Below, piece after piece: positions 43,001 through 53,859 of a stretch of 64,000 bases of DNA; position 1 is the first letter of the stretch; each line of letters begins with the position of its first letter. Made by a program: the position numbers and the translations under genes. The stretch is from Cyanidioschyzon merolae (taxonomy: Eukaryota). The notes below the pieces were generated by a model. The model saw nothing but the letters and a program-made list of their open reading frames with translations. It searched no databases and was not told where the DNA came from. The stretch lies in the NCBI GenBank assembly GCA_000091205.1, contig AP006493.2. One strand, written 5' to 3'.

Positions 43001-44349
43001 CTACACGCTTTGTTCATGCCTTGAGCGTTCTCTTCCAAAGTATCATTCGATGTATCGTTGTGCTATTCAGAATTTGTAATCAGAGCTTACGGAATTTCGT
43101 GTGCAGTTGCAGGATTCTCGGTTGGTTTCCCGGGATGACGACTGCGATCCTCGGCAGACGGACTTTCTTATGTCGCTGGAATCCAGATGGATCGCGGCGT
43201 TTTACAAAATGAGCTCCCTCCATAGCCCCTATCAATAACATGTCCATACGAGAGAGTCTTCGCTCGTGTGCCTGCTCTCCGCTTTCCATGCTCAATCCAC
43301 GCACTGTTCACCGTTTCGATCATGCTGTTTGACGGCAGATCGTCGGTGCTGCGCAACCGCACCGCTGCATGGTCAAGCGAGAATCCTCAAGGTCGACCTC
43401 CAACGATTCCTCCACAAGCTCATACGGGAACCGCTGTGAACTCGTCACGCCCATTGATCGATTCCGTTCCACATTCGAGTACGCTGCTCGTTGTAGCCAG
43501 ACATGAGACAACGTTCGAGTGCAACATGATACCTGTCGCAGGATATGCATCTAGAGGCTCCCTGTCGCTTCCGTCTGTACGCAGACGGATCTCGGACTCG
43601 GACGTCAAGCATCGCAGTGATCGCTTCCAGTGGAGCGTGCGTCACCGCTCAGTACGACAGGTGCAGTGACGCACCCGAGTTTCCCGGCCAGCGTACATGC
43701 CTGCTTTTTGGTTCCGCTGCTTGTCTCATCATGGACAAGAGCGCGGTCCATAGATCCCTCATCGACGATGACGTCGAGCGGTTGTCTATGCAGCGGACAT
43801 CGTCGTCGCTGCGGGAATCGCAAATAAGGAGCACATGCTCGTGAGGCAAGGTACCTGGTGTGGACCCGGAGGCGTGCATTCGCGGAAGCCTTCTGTACCG
43901 GTCTACGGTACGCATCGTGCGATGAAGGAGGTGTTACCCTGCTCCAGTACAGCGCGTTGGAAGCGGAATACTGGCCAATATACTTAGAATGCGTGAATAG
44001 CCTCCAATTTCATGACGAAGAAGGTCACACACTGAGACTGTATACGAAGAAGATGCGAATGGCATGCGAAGCATAGATCGTTACGTTTTCCTGTGCGTGA
44101 AACGTTTGTACAGCAGCCAGGAGCAACGCCATGCGGCCTAGGACGCTGCCATGAACACCCCTCGACGTCCTGAAACATATCTGGCGGGAGAAAGAAGACC
44201 GATCCATTTCAGGGTCGGAGATAAGAGGGAGCGATCGAGAGCAGTCGCATGAAAAGCCCACAATGGTCAGTACTGATTACATCAGGAACTGTCCCAAGAA
44301 TCCTTTTTTGTTTTCGTCCTGGAGCACCCGTTGCATTTTAGTCTGACAT
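43001..44349 (+). repeat. Copy C of the 1.35 kb repeat (direct relative to A).
   Basis: Collinear with copy A over its whole length at roughly 97-99% identity, with the same decayed integrase ORF layout. It starts 38 bp after the stop of ORF 42040-42963. It ends about 120 bp upstream of the probable start codon of the mannosyltransferase gene. Confidence 0.85.
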
Positions 44350-44471
44350 ATGGTTGCATCAACGCCGAGCCATCTCGCCATGAGACAACTGCGGGCAACC
44401 AGCCGCGGCGTTTTGGCAGTTTGGCGCACTGGGTACGCTCCGCGCAGTCTCCTCGGGAGAAAACTACGGAT

Positions 44472-45983
44472 ATGCTCGTTTCGGAAAGAAACAAGCTTCG
44501 CAACCTTGTGACCCTTCTGGTACTTGTTTATATCATCATCCATGAAATATGCTGTCATAAGCACTGGCAACAAACAGCTGGGATCGCGGGTCCACTGTCG
44601 GAGACAGCTGCACCACTGCGTTGGGAGCATCGTGCCTGGAACGCGATCGCTCGTGCCACCAACCTAGCTGTCGCTCGAACTAGGCGCGGAAGCAGTCGAG
44701 ACCGTTGGTTCCACGAGTATGGAAACTGGTGGGCCTCCTCTGTTCGCTTGGGCAATGTTCTAGGTCGGTCGCCGCGCGAGCCTATAGGCCGCTACACCCT
44801 CCGCCAAGAGTGGTCCTGGTTTGTGGAGTTGCTTGAAGAGAGTCTCGAGGTGGATTCTGTTGCACCAACAGGCCAGTTTGAAGGCACAGGTATTGTGATG
44901 GCGATCGGAAGGCCGCAGCGCTATGCGATTCCAGCACTTGTCACCTTGCGGTTGCTGCGACTGCTCGGCTGTCGCCTGCCTGTCGAGTTCTGGTACTCGA
45001 GCGCCCGTGGCGAGTCGCCGTTCGACAGCGGCCTCGAGGCGGCGCTCCGACGCATGAATCGAGTCCCTGATACCAAAGGTACCGCCAATGAGGCACCCAT
45101 ATATTTTCGTGATCTCGACACCGTGGTGCCTCGCCAACGGGACCTCGGTGGTTGGGAGTCGCTCTTCGCTATCAAACCGCTTGCGATCGCGTTCAGCAGA
45201 TTCGCTCATGTGCTGTACCTGGATGCGGATGCCCACCCGCTACGCGACCCTACCTATCTCTTCTCGCTGTTTGCTCCTGAAGCGGTGTCGGAAACGAGGT
45301 CGAGTCGAATACCGACAGCCGTGTTCTGGCCGGACTACTGGATCATGCCCGTCGATCATCCAGCGTTTTCCATTTTCCGAGTAGTGCCGCGAACATGGCG
45401 CGAACGACGAGAACAGGAGAGCAGTGTCCTGCTCGTTGATAAGAGCGATGTTCATGAATCCTGGATACCTTTGATGCTTTCTGTGATGCTCAACGTGCGA
45501 TCCGATTACACCTACCAGTACTTGCACGGTGATAAGGATACATTCCGATTCGCTTGGATGGCACTGGATGCTCCGTTTGATCGTATAGAGGTACCACCCG
45601 CGGCAGCTGGGCACTGGTCCTCCGAGGGCCTCTTCCACGGTACCACCATGGTCCAGCATGACCCCAACGGGAAGCCTCTCGTCCTCCATCATAATCTGGA
45701 GAAGCTCGATGCCTGCAGCTTGGATCGCAGCGCCCGGTGGTGGCCCTCGGGTCGTCTCTGGGACGCTGTACAGTTTGGTGGCCAAGCGAACTGGACCACC
45801 CAGGGACGCTGGATCGGGCCTTCGTCTCGGATTTGTTTCACCGGCACTCGAGTGAAAACAGTGCCGTTCGAAGAGTACATCGGACAGGATTTCGAAACGC
45901 AATTTTTTCGACCAGCGTTGGACGCAGTCCTCACGGACGCTTTCGCGAAGCGCCACCGATGGAGTCGCTGCCGGGCCGCTTGA
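44472..45983 (+). CDS. Golgi type-II alpha-mannosyltransferase, MNN1/MNN2 (GT71 / 'Mannosyltransferase putative') family.
   Basis: A short cytosolic tail plus TM anchor (LVTLLVLVYIII). Catalytic-domain motifs are GIVMAIG...LPVEFWY, the DxD motif YLDADAHP, and HGDKDTFRFAW. The ORF on the track begins at 44331 inside repeat C, and the ATG at 44472 is preferred. Confidence 0.6.
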   Translation: MLVSERNKLRNLVTLLVLVYIIIHEICCHKHWQQTAGIAGPLSETAAPLRWEHRAWNAIARATNLAVARTRRGSSRDRWFHEYGNWWASSVRLGNVLGRSPREPIGRYTLRQEWSWFVELLEESLEVDSVAPTGQFEGTGIVMAIGRPQRYAIPALVTLRLLRLLGCRLPVEFWYSSARGESPFDSGLEAALRRMNRVPDTKGTANEAPIYFRDLDTVVPRQRDLGGWESLFAIKPLAIAFSRFAHVLYLDADAHPLRDPTYLFSLFAPEAVSETRSSRIPTAVFWPDYWIMPVDHPAFSIFRVVPRTWRERREQESSVLLVDKSDVHESWIPLMLSVMLNVRSDYTYQYLHGDKDTFRFAWMALDAPFDRIEVPPAAAGHWSSEGLFHGTTMVQHDPNGKPLVLHHNLEKLDACSLDRSARWWPSGRLWDAVQFGGQANWTTQGRWIGPSSRICFTGTRVKTVPFEEYIGQDFETQFFRPALDAVLTDAFAKRHRWSRCRAA

Positions 45984-47274
45984 CAGCTCAGCGCTCCGGA
46001 TCCTATAAACAACACAATCATGACAGCAGTTCAATCCGGCTGAGCAGTTCTGATGATTTGCACGTCGCGAAAGCCAACTGTTGGACTTTCAGTCTATGCC
46101 TCCTTCGGACCAAGATGAGCAGCAACGGAATATGCATTTTCGGGGGCGTTTCCAGGTTGCATCCGGTGCAACGCAATGCCGTATTGCTTTTGAGTTGCTG
46201 AAACGAGCAGAGCGCCTCTCTCTCTCTCTAAAGCATCGCGACTGCCGTCTTTTGTTTTATGATCGCGGGTACTCAACACTGGGCAGACGTAACCGATGAC
46301 GTCGCTGGCCCATGAACACGCGAGCGTGGCACCAGTGGAGCCGCCCCGAGCGCCAACTCCAGTGGCACGCGCTCCGGTCCAGCGATGCGTCTCTCGCGTG
46401 GTGTACGGACGATAGACCTAAGGAGGATCCAGCGGATTCGCGCTTGCTATGGGCATTCGGCGTAGACAGGCTGTGATATTCGCCGGTGAATGTAACACGG
46501 ATTCTCGTGCCTGTCGATGCACAGCAGCGCACCCTCCACAGCATACAGAGGCACGCGCCTACGACGCTACGCACAGCGGCCTGCGAGCGGAACAGGCACC
46601 GCGTCCCTGGACATATCCGCCGCGTCGAAGAGTTCCTGATGTGTTCATCCTGTTAGCATGCCTATTCTGGTGGAATCGCGTCTCGATAGACCATAGTTCA
46701 ACGAATGTATGGCGTTGCTATAGAGCAGTTTTGCCGATTGCATGCAGAAAGCGTCATGATTCAGAACTGCTGCCAAAGTAACCAGCGCGTGCGGATTTTG
46801 GCTCCCTTGAACAAGAATGTTTTTCCAGATGGAACATACCGAGCAAGGAACCAGGATCTGCATGTTTCCTTTGTCTCGAATGAGCGTCGACTGTCGGATT
46901 CATGTGGCAGCGAGCGTCGGTACTCGATCGTGCGTGGGTGCAGCGCTTTTTTTCCGGACACGCTCTTCATGCAGCGGGTTTGTGTCACCTGTTACATCCG
47001 AAAAACGACTCGAAACTGGGAGCCAGGTCGCTTTGGGGACGCAGCGAGTGTGCGCGGCCGCTTCGCAAAAGCACATGTCGAAAGGAAAGAGCGTTCTCGG
47101 AGACCCGATGCCATCATGCTGATTTGTAGCCGTTCGCAGCACAACCAACAAGTGCGATCGTCCGGTGATTGCTCGCTGGCGTCTATGCGGACCGGGGCTC
47201 GACCGCAGGACTCGTGCTCTCGCCAATGAAACGACGACTGCTGTACGCGCTCTTTCCGTCTTTCCCACTCTCAC

Positions 47275-47290
47275 TGTGTGTGTGTGTGTG
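47275..47290. repeat. (TG)8 microsatellite.
   Basis: tgtgtgtgtgtgtgtg. Confidence 0.8.
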
Positions 47291-47602
47291 TATGAGTGTA
47301 TGTTGAGAGGCGATGCTCCAGGCTCCACAGCGGTAGATGCTGCGCTGTGGGCATGCATCGAATTCAACCGAACAAAATGCCCTGGTGTCCATGAAAACCG
47401 TCCACCATGATCCGTGACTGCGTTTCCAAGCAGCATCCCAAGGCATGGCGGCAGCAGCGAGGCTCCCGTGCCATCCTCCATACCACCCTCAGCGATCAGT
47501 CGCCAGTTCCATGATCACAAGCGGTTCGATACGGGATCATCATCTCGAGCGCAGTCGCCATCATTATCTGGGATGCGAAGCTGCCGGCATAGGCCCGGAC
47601 TT

Positions 47603-49960
47603 TTAGCCGCTGTCGGCTATCCCGATGATTTCATCGTCCACCGCGAATGCAAATCCCTCCACGGCGATACCGCACTCCTGGCCTTTCCGCACCTGGGCAA
47701 CATCTTCGCGATAATGCTTGAGAGAGCTGATACGCGCCTCATGAACACATTGTCCTTGTCGAAGAATCCGCACTGGATGACGCCTGTAGATAACGCCATC
47801 GATCACGCGGCAACCGCCGATAATAAGTGCGTCAGCGACCCGCTTGCCGGCGTTGTATGTGAAGACCTGCTGCACTCGAGCTCTGCCAGTGGCAACCGGA
47901 GCCTGGGGCTCGTCGCTCTGGGCCCGTCGCTGTTGCTGCTGGATGTCGTCGAGGATCTCGTAGATCACCGTGAAGCACTTGACAGGTACATGATGCCTAG
48001 CCGCCAATTCCGCGATTGCCCTCGGTACCTTGGTCTGGAAGGCAATGATTTGCGCCGGACGATCCAGAGAAGACGACGCCAGGAGAATATCGGCCTTGCA
48101 TACCGCTCCAGTTGAAGCAAGCATGATGTGAATGGGGAAATTCGGGGTGCTCATGCGCTGCACCGCTTGCGCTACCGCCTCTACGGTACCTCGATAGGTA
48201 CCACGAATGATCAGCTCGAGACCCGTTGTATGTGCGGTTCCCGAGCGCGTGGCTTCGCTACCGCGTGCAGCGGTGCTCGCTGGGGTCTCCAGCGCCGCAG
48301 TGGATCGCTCAGATCGTACGAAAGCTTTGGCAGCCTCTTCACTATCAACAGTTCGAACAATACTGCCGGGCTCGACGGGGATCTCTGAGTCGTCTTCGTT
48401 GCGACGCACCCCGATGACGGTCACCGGCTGTGTCGGCCATGCCTCTTGGATTTTTCGCCCGTGCTCGTCCAAGAGAAGCCGTACGCGTCCCCAGGCGGCA
48501 GGTGTTGCCAGGATATCTCCGGAACACAATTTCCCGTGTCGGAATAGACAGTCTAGCACGAGACCATAGCCTCGATCCATGCGCGCCTCGAGGCACACGC
48601 CCTCCGCGGCACCTTGTATGCTTGTCGTCCGTTCTGCCTCTAAAACAGCAGCTTGCAGGAGAATCGCCTCCACGAGTCGATCGAGATGTAGTCGCTTCAG
48701 AGCTGAAATCTCTACGCACTGCACATCACCGCCAAGCGCTTCAACACAGAGACCAGCCTGCTCCTCGAGTGCCTTGTAGATCGCCATGCCTCGGCCCTTG
48801 ATCTTGTCGCACTTGTTCAACGCGACGATGATCGGTACTGCAGCTGCACGAGCGTGGTGAATAGCCTCCAGCGTCTGCGGCATCACGCCGTCGTCAGCAG
48901 CAATCACCAGCACGACAATATCCGTCACAGAGGCCCCGCGTGCTCGCATCTCGGTGAACGCCTCATGACCTGGCGTATCCAGAAAGGTTATCCAAGGCAC
49001 CGAGGGTACGTCAGCACTCTGTCCAAGGATGCGCTCCCAGAATACTCGAAATGCGCGAATATTTTGGGTGATTCCACCGGCTTCCTCTCCAGCGAGTTGC
49101 GTCTCGCGTAGCGCATCGAGTAGCGTTGTCTTGCCGTGGTTGACGTGCCCCATAACCGTCACGATGGGTGGACGCAACCATGTATTGGTCGCGGGGGTTT
49201 TCGCAGCATCTACTATGTGTTCCACTGGACCAGCTTTCGTTGCCGATATGCCTAGATGGCGTATGTATCGAGCGCACAGAGCCGTACTGCGGCTGGGTGA
49301 GCGCCACTGGCACTGGGCACGTCTCTGAAGCTGCACTTGCCGCAGGCTCGGTATCCGGGGGCCACGTACCTCTACAGAGCCTTGCGCTCGACTGGATACG
49401 ATTCGCAAACATTTCGAGTCGTCTGTAAAAAGAGACTCCCGCTGGCGACGAGGTTTCTCGTGTGGACGCCCGAGGCGCTGCTGCAACGACCGCAGGGTGC
49501 GGGATGCGCTGCGCTGGAAGGCGCCTCGGCCCACCGCAGTCCCAAAGCTGGTACCGTACCCGTGTTGAAGGATTTTCGCATCAGCGAAGTGACTCGACAC
49601 TCTGGTATGTCGCACTAGGGACGATGCGTAGCTTTCGAATCGTGCAGGCAGTTTGAGTGCTGCTTCAGCTGCGCCTCTAGCTGGAGGAAGCGAGCTGCCA
49701 GCGCTGTTCCCACGCAGAACTTTGTCCAATGCTCCCACGCTTGATCTGCTCCTCCAGCACTGCAGATGTCGCCAACAGACATCACCAAGTCCATTCGCGT
49801 CTATAACTTGCTGTAAAGTGCCTCCCGATTCGCCTCTGCTTAGAGGGCGCTGGTGAAGAACGCGTCCAGTACTGGGCGGCGCCTGCGCTCGCAAAACCTC
49901 TGAAACGTTCTTTAGGTTACCGCACAAAGCGCTGAAACAAGATCGTAGTGGTAAAAACAT
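47603..49960 (-). CDS. infB: Organellar (mitochondrial) translation initiation factor IF-2 (IFM1/infB type).
   Basis: GTPase domain [19 protein letters not shown]...[19 protein letters not shown]...NKCDK. It is followed by IF-2 domain II and C-terminal beta-barrel regions. The N-terminus is basic and S/R-rich. Confidence 0.85.
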   Translation of the reverse strand: MFLPLRSCFSALCGNLKNVSEVLRAQAPPSTGRVLHQRPLSRGESGGTLQQVIDANGLGDVCWRHLQCWRSRSSVGALDKVLRGNSAGSSLPPARGAAEAALKLPARFESYASSLVRHTRVSSHFADAKILQHGYGTSFGTAVGRGAFQRSASRTLRSLQQRLGRPHEKPRRQRESLFTDDSKCLRIVSSRAQGSVEVRGPRIPSLRQVQLQRRAQCQWRSPSRSTALCARYIRHLGISATKAGPVEHIVDAAKTPATNTWLRPPIVTVMGHVNHGKTTLLDALRETQLAGEEAGGITQNIRAFRVFWERILGQSADVPSVPWITFLDTPGHEAFTEMRARGASVTDIVVLVIAADDGVMPQTLEAIHHARAAAVPIIVALNKCDKIKGRGMAIYKALEEQAGLCVEALGGDVQCVEISALKRLHLDRLVEAILLQAAVLEAERTTSIQGAAEGVCLEARMDRGYGLVLDCLFRHGKLCSGDILATPAAWGRVRLLLDEHGRKIQEAWPTQPVTVIGVRRNEDDSEIPVEPGSIVRTVDSEEAAKAFVRSERSTAALETPASTAARGSEATRSGTAHTTGLELIIRGTYRGTVEAVAQAVQRMSTPNFPIHIMLASTGAVCKADILLASSSLDRPAQIIAFQTKVPRAIAELAARHHVPVKCFTVIYEILDDIQQQQRRAQSDEPQAPVATGRARVQQVFTYNAGKRVADALIIGGCRVIDGVIYRRHPVRILRQGQCVHEARISSLKHYREDVAQVRKGQECGIAVEGFAFAVDDEIIGIADSG

Positions 49961-50741
49961 GTACCATTCTTCGGAGCGACCAGCGTCAGGCTTGGGTCCT
50001 TAAACGAGACCCCGCCGCTGTGCTGCCTCGGGAAAAACCTATTCGCGTTCAAGTCGAACAAGTTGACGCGGTGGCTTGCGCAGTGCAGAGTACCCGGTAA
50101 AGCTTCTCGTTCTATCAATGCACAACCACCACAACCGTTCACTGCACAGGGCAGTTGCGTTGCAGGACGGAATGAGCACGATTCGCTGTGTCACTGTGAA
50201 GCCGCTTCTGCAGGTCGGAGTCCGGTGCGTTGCAGTCGCTGCTGGCGACGGGGTCTCTTTTCGTCTTCGAGGCAGTGCGTCACCGGTGCGGAGGTGCGCC
50301 TACTCCGAGCTCGTGTCGAGTTGATTGCATCGATGCCCGAGGACCGCAGGAATGCTCCATAATGCGTCAAACGGGCAGTGAAATTGGATGAAATATATTT
50401 GAAACGGTGATACTGGAACCACTTTATCGAACGAGCAGCTGCACACATACGCATACCTCAGCCATCTGTCAAGACCGACACTTCGCTTTCGGTGTGATCT
50501 GGCTGTAAACACGCGTTTCTGAGCCTGTGAGATTCGAGGCAACGCTCTACAGCGCATATCGACGCGATGCGGTACCCAAGGTACGAAAGTTGTTGGCGCT
50601 GTTTGCCCTGGAACACTCGTGTGCCGCAGCGGCAACACCGGGATCACGCGTACCACTACCACATCGGCTATGATTTTGATGCTAATGAGCAGCACTCGAA
50701 TGTTCGGCAAGAGAGCTGATGCTGATCATCGCTTCCATCGT

Positions 50742-51899
50742 TCAGGCGGTTCGGAAGATATTGCCGAAACACTGGGTACAGTACCAGGCACCGGCGCTAT
50801 TCTGGGCAAAAGCTACCGAGCAGAGCTCGTAGTCTCCCAACATGTTCGCTCGATGCGGTGGCGAACTGATAAATAAGTTGATACACTCGTGTGCCACATG
50901 CTCCGCTTCCGTGAAAAACGCGACGTTTTCACCGCTGAACACAATACCTGCAGGTACAGGTACGATCGGATGGCTCAGGTCCTGGTCACGGAAGACGCCT
51001 GTGCGAGCCATGTACTGGGACCAGGCCAGCGCCTCGACGTAGAGGCCCTGGTTGTAGCCGAGAGGTCCGAGTCCGTTCTCAGCCCTGAACTGGTTTGTGT
51101 ACTCGAGGGCTCGCAGGCCAAGTGCTTGGATCGACGAGCTCGGTGACGGCTCTGCGCTGGACGGGCTTGATGTCGGGGGCGCTGCGGTCTCGGGCGGCAC
51201 CGCCGAGGACACAGCAGTAGGCGTCGGCGCTGGTGCTGCCGTTGGTGTAACGAACGGCGGCGGCGGTACCGGCGTCTCCACCACAACGATAACAACAGGT
51301 GTCGCAGGAGCAGCGGTTACCACCGGAGCGCTCGACTGTATCGAAACTGCCGTTGGCGTCGGCGAAGGTGTTGGTGTTGCGATTGGCGTCGTCACGCTTG
51401 TTACTGACGGGCTCGCGACTGCCTCCTGGGACACGCGTTTGCAGTCGAGACCGTCGTCGCAGATGCAACCGACTGCACCAGCCACTAGAAAGTCTCCCGT
51501 GCAGCAATAATAAACACCAGGGCCACCGACAATATTCTCTGAGAGATACGTAGCATGGCATTGGGTGCTCGAGTCACCGCACGCTGCCGCGCAGATGGCG
51601 GTTTGATCCACAGCTGTCTGACGCATCGAGAGCGAGGACAGGGGTAGCACGGCTTCGGCTTCACGTTGTGCAGCTTCCGCCAGCTCCACTAGATACGCAG
51701 CCATTTCAGCGAAACGGAGCTCAAGCTGCTGCTCCTTCAGCTGCATCTGGCGACGGATGGAGAATAGCTCCTGTATGTGGAGCACATCTTCGATGGAAAA
51801 TGCCGTTACGAGGCTCAGAAGCATCATCATAGCTAGAACACTGCACACGGCACGCCGAGGCGATAGCAAACGAACAACGCTGCGGGGAAGGCTCTCCAT
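50742..51899 (-). CDS. Secreted CAP-superfamily protein (SCP/PR-1/PRY-like). It has an N-terminal Cys-rich module and a Thr/Pro/Ala-rich linker.
   Basis: Signal-like N-terminus. Cys module CAAACGDSSTQCHATY...YYCCTGDFLVAGAVGCICDDGLDC. The mucin-like linker is PTPSPTPTAVS...APATPVV. The C-terminal CAP domain reads LEYTNQFRAENGLGPL...HPIVP...GENVAF...HVAHECINLFISSPPHRANML...YCTQCFG. Confidence 0.75.
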   Translation of the reverse strand: MESLPRSVVRLLSPRRAVCSVLAMMMLLSLVTAFSIEDVLHIQELFSIRRQMQLKEQQLELRFAEMAAYLVELAEAAQREAEAVLPLSSLSMRQTAVDQTAICAAACGDSSTQCHATYLSENIVGGPGVYYCCTGDFLVAGAVGCICDDGLDCKRVSQEAVASPSVTSVTTPIATPTPSPTPTAVSIQSSAPVVTAAPATPVVIVVVETPVPPPPFVTPTAAPAPTPTAVSSAVPPETAAPPTSSPSSAEPSPSSSIQALGLRALEYTNQFRAENGLGPLGYNQGLYVEALAWSQYMARTGVFRDQDLSHPIVPVPAGIVFSGENVAFFTEAEHVAHECINLFISSPPHRANMLGDYELCSVAFAQNSAGAWYCTQCFGNIFRTA

Positions 51900-52242
51900 A
51901 TCGTAGAGAACAGTCGCAAATGTTCTGCTTGTTCAGACGTTAGTGTATGCACAGAGACACGCGCTCCCGGCAGCAACAATGCCAGGACTTGGGTGAGACG
52001 TTTCGCTGGTAGACCACCTTTCATATGGAGAGATGGAAGGCACGCGCGTTCCTGGCACGAGCAACGGTGGCAGCTTCGAGGATGGCACCGGCCTGCGGGC
52101 CCCGCAGCGCCACGGCGCGCGGCAGCACCGCGCGATCCGCGTAACGGATGTCCGTTTTGCCAGCGGGCAGCGGCAGCGATGGCATCGTGCGTCGCAGGAT
52201 CGCAAACGCGCATCACCAGCGCGTTCCGCGATTTTGCCGTGC

Positions 52243-52368
52243 GCGTTTGTTGATGTCCGTATTATACATGAATGTCGCTGTTGAGAAGGTCGAATCACGA
52301 TCGGTGCGTTTGTTTATGTCCGTACTATACATGAATGTCGCTATTGAGAAGGTCGAATCACGATTGCT
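52243..52368. repeat. Tandem duplication (2 x 63 bp) in the bidirectional intergenic region between the two CAP paralogs. A (CGAAC)5 tract also lies at 52551-52576.
   Basis: Unit gcgtttgtt[g/t]atgtccgta[t/c]tatacatgaatgtcgct[g/a]ttgagaaggtcgaatcacgat. The two units differ at about 5 positions. Confidence 0.7.
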
Positions 52369-52803
52369 GGTATACGGCTCGTAGCTGGGTGCGCGATCCG
52401 GCATCGAGAAGCGCGCTGGAAGCATCTGCGCGGCCACTGGATGAAACGGAAACTGGTGGGATCGGTCCCGAAGGAGAAACGTTACTCGGGTCTGGTGGTG
52501 CGCATCGCCAGTACGTTGCGTTGCGGAGAGGATGCGGCGCGGGTGAGCTGCACCGAACCGAACCGAACCGAACCGAACCGAGCTCAACTGAACGCAGGGC
52601 TCTTTTCTTGGAAACCGTTTCATCGCTGCGCTGTGCGCGCTTGGCATCGCGTTGTCCGAGAGCGGTAACGGTTTGTTTCCGGTGAGCCGTGATATATGGT
52701 GTGCATGGTGGTTTTTTGCGAGTGGAGCTTTGGAAAGCGAACAGGTTTCGCCAAGATTGTAGTCTAAACAGCACTAATCACAGAAGTAGCTTATCAAGGC
52801 AAA

Positions 52804-53859
52804 GTGAGGTTCATGAGTTCTTACATGCTGCAGCGCGAACGAGGCTCACGTGCACCATGTTATTCGATGGCGCGCTGCCGAGTTCCTGCGAGAAACCGCC
52901 TTCACCGCTGGGTGCTCCTATTTTTCAGTGTGTTCGTGCTGTGGTTCGCGGCCCAAAGCATGCTTGTTCTGGGACACGCAGAAGAAGAATTTATACCACA
53001 GAGAGCAGTGAATCAACCAGAGCTGGTGCAAGACTCGAGAGCGCTAGCGGCGACTGCGGCAGCGCCGCTGCAAGCAATGCGGCTTGAAGCTGGAACGCCG
53101 GCTCCAACGACGGGTATTCCTTATTCCGCGCTCTCGCCGAGCGTGCTAAGCACCGCCCAACAAGCAGCACTTTGCGCGGAGCTCTGCCCGAATGCAGTCA
53201 CGACCTGCGCAATCAAGTTCATCTACGGCACCGGAACGACCTGTTGTTGCTCGGGGGCGTTCTTTGTCCGTGGCAGCATTGGACACCTTTGTAGCGACCA
53301 ATCCATTCCCAAACTCGTCCCCGAGTCGCTGCTCAACCAAGTCATCACCGCAGCGAATGCATCGAGTACCGGTGTTGAGGATAAGCCGCCCGGAGCGATT
53401 ACCAAGGCGAATGCCAGTGCGCTGCATCTCGCTGGGCGCAGCGGTCTCGACCGGATAAACCAAGTGCGCGCTGCTCAGCGCAGAGAGCCCATTATTTGGA
53501 GTCAAGCGGTCTACGAGAGTGTTTCTTTCTGGCTCTCTTATCTGGATACAACCCATCTCTTCATTACGCAAAACTTGGGCAAACCAGCAAAGCCCTTTCC
53601 GCCCGGTGCACTGTTCCTTGCAGAGGTGGTGCTCGCTCAGCGCCTTCCTGAGAATGTCACCGCAGAGGAGGCTGGCATAGCTTGCGGAAACGCCCTGCTC
53701 AACGGGAACATTTCGGCGGAGATCACACTGGCAAACTATGAATTCGGCGCTGTGGGTACCATGCCGCGTTCCTCAGGTCCCGAGTGGCTATGCTCTATCA
53801 GTCTCGGAAACATGTTTCGATACGGCGGGACAAGTTTCCCCAATGCAACGGGTTCATAG
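52804..53859 (+). CDS. Divergent paralog of the CAP-superfamily protein, with the same N-terminal Cys-rich module and a degenerate CAP-like C-terminus.
   Basis: Cys module AALCAELCPNAVTTCAIKFIYGTGTTCCCSGAFFVRGSIGHLCSD aligns cysteine-for-cysteine with 50742-51899. The C-terminal region (LHLAGRSGLDRINQVRAAQRREPIIWSQ...) is CAP-like but diverged. It has a signal-like N-terminus, and the start codon is uncertain. Confidence 0.5.
   Translation: MRFMSSYMLQRERGSRAPCYSMARCRVPARNRLHRWVLLFFSVFVLWFAAQSMLVLGHAEEEFIPQRAVNQPELVQDSRALAATAAAPLQAMRLEAGTPAPTTGIPYSALSPSVLSTAQQAALCAELCPNAVTTCAIKFIYGTGTTCCCSGAFFVRGSIGHLCSDQSIPKLVPESLLNQVITAANASSTGVEDKPPGAITKANASALHLAGRSGLDRINQVRAAQRREPIIWSQAVYESVSFWLSYLDTTHLFITQNLGKPAKPFPPGALFLAEVVLAQRLPENVTAEEAGIACGNALLNGNISAEITLANYEFGAVGTMPRSSGPEWLCSISLGNMFRYGGTSFPNATGS

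Noticed and set aside
47414-48115. A 233-aa plus-strand ORF overlapping the IF-2 gene.
   Set aside because: It is antisense to a well-supported conserved CDS and has no recognisable domain. It is a typical stop-poor antisense frame in GC-rich coding DNA.
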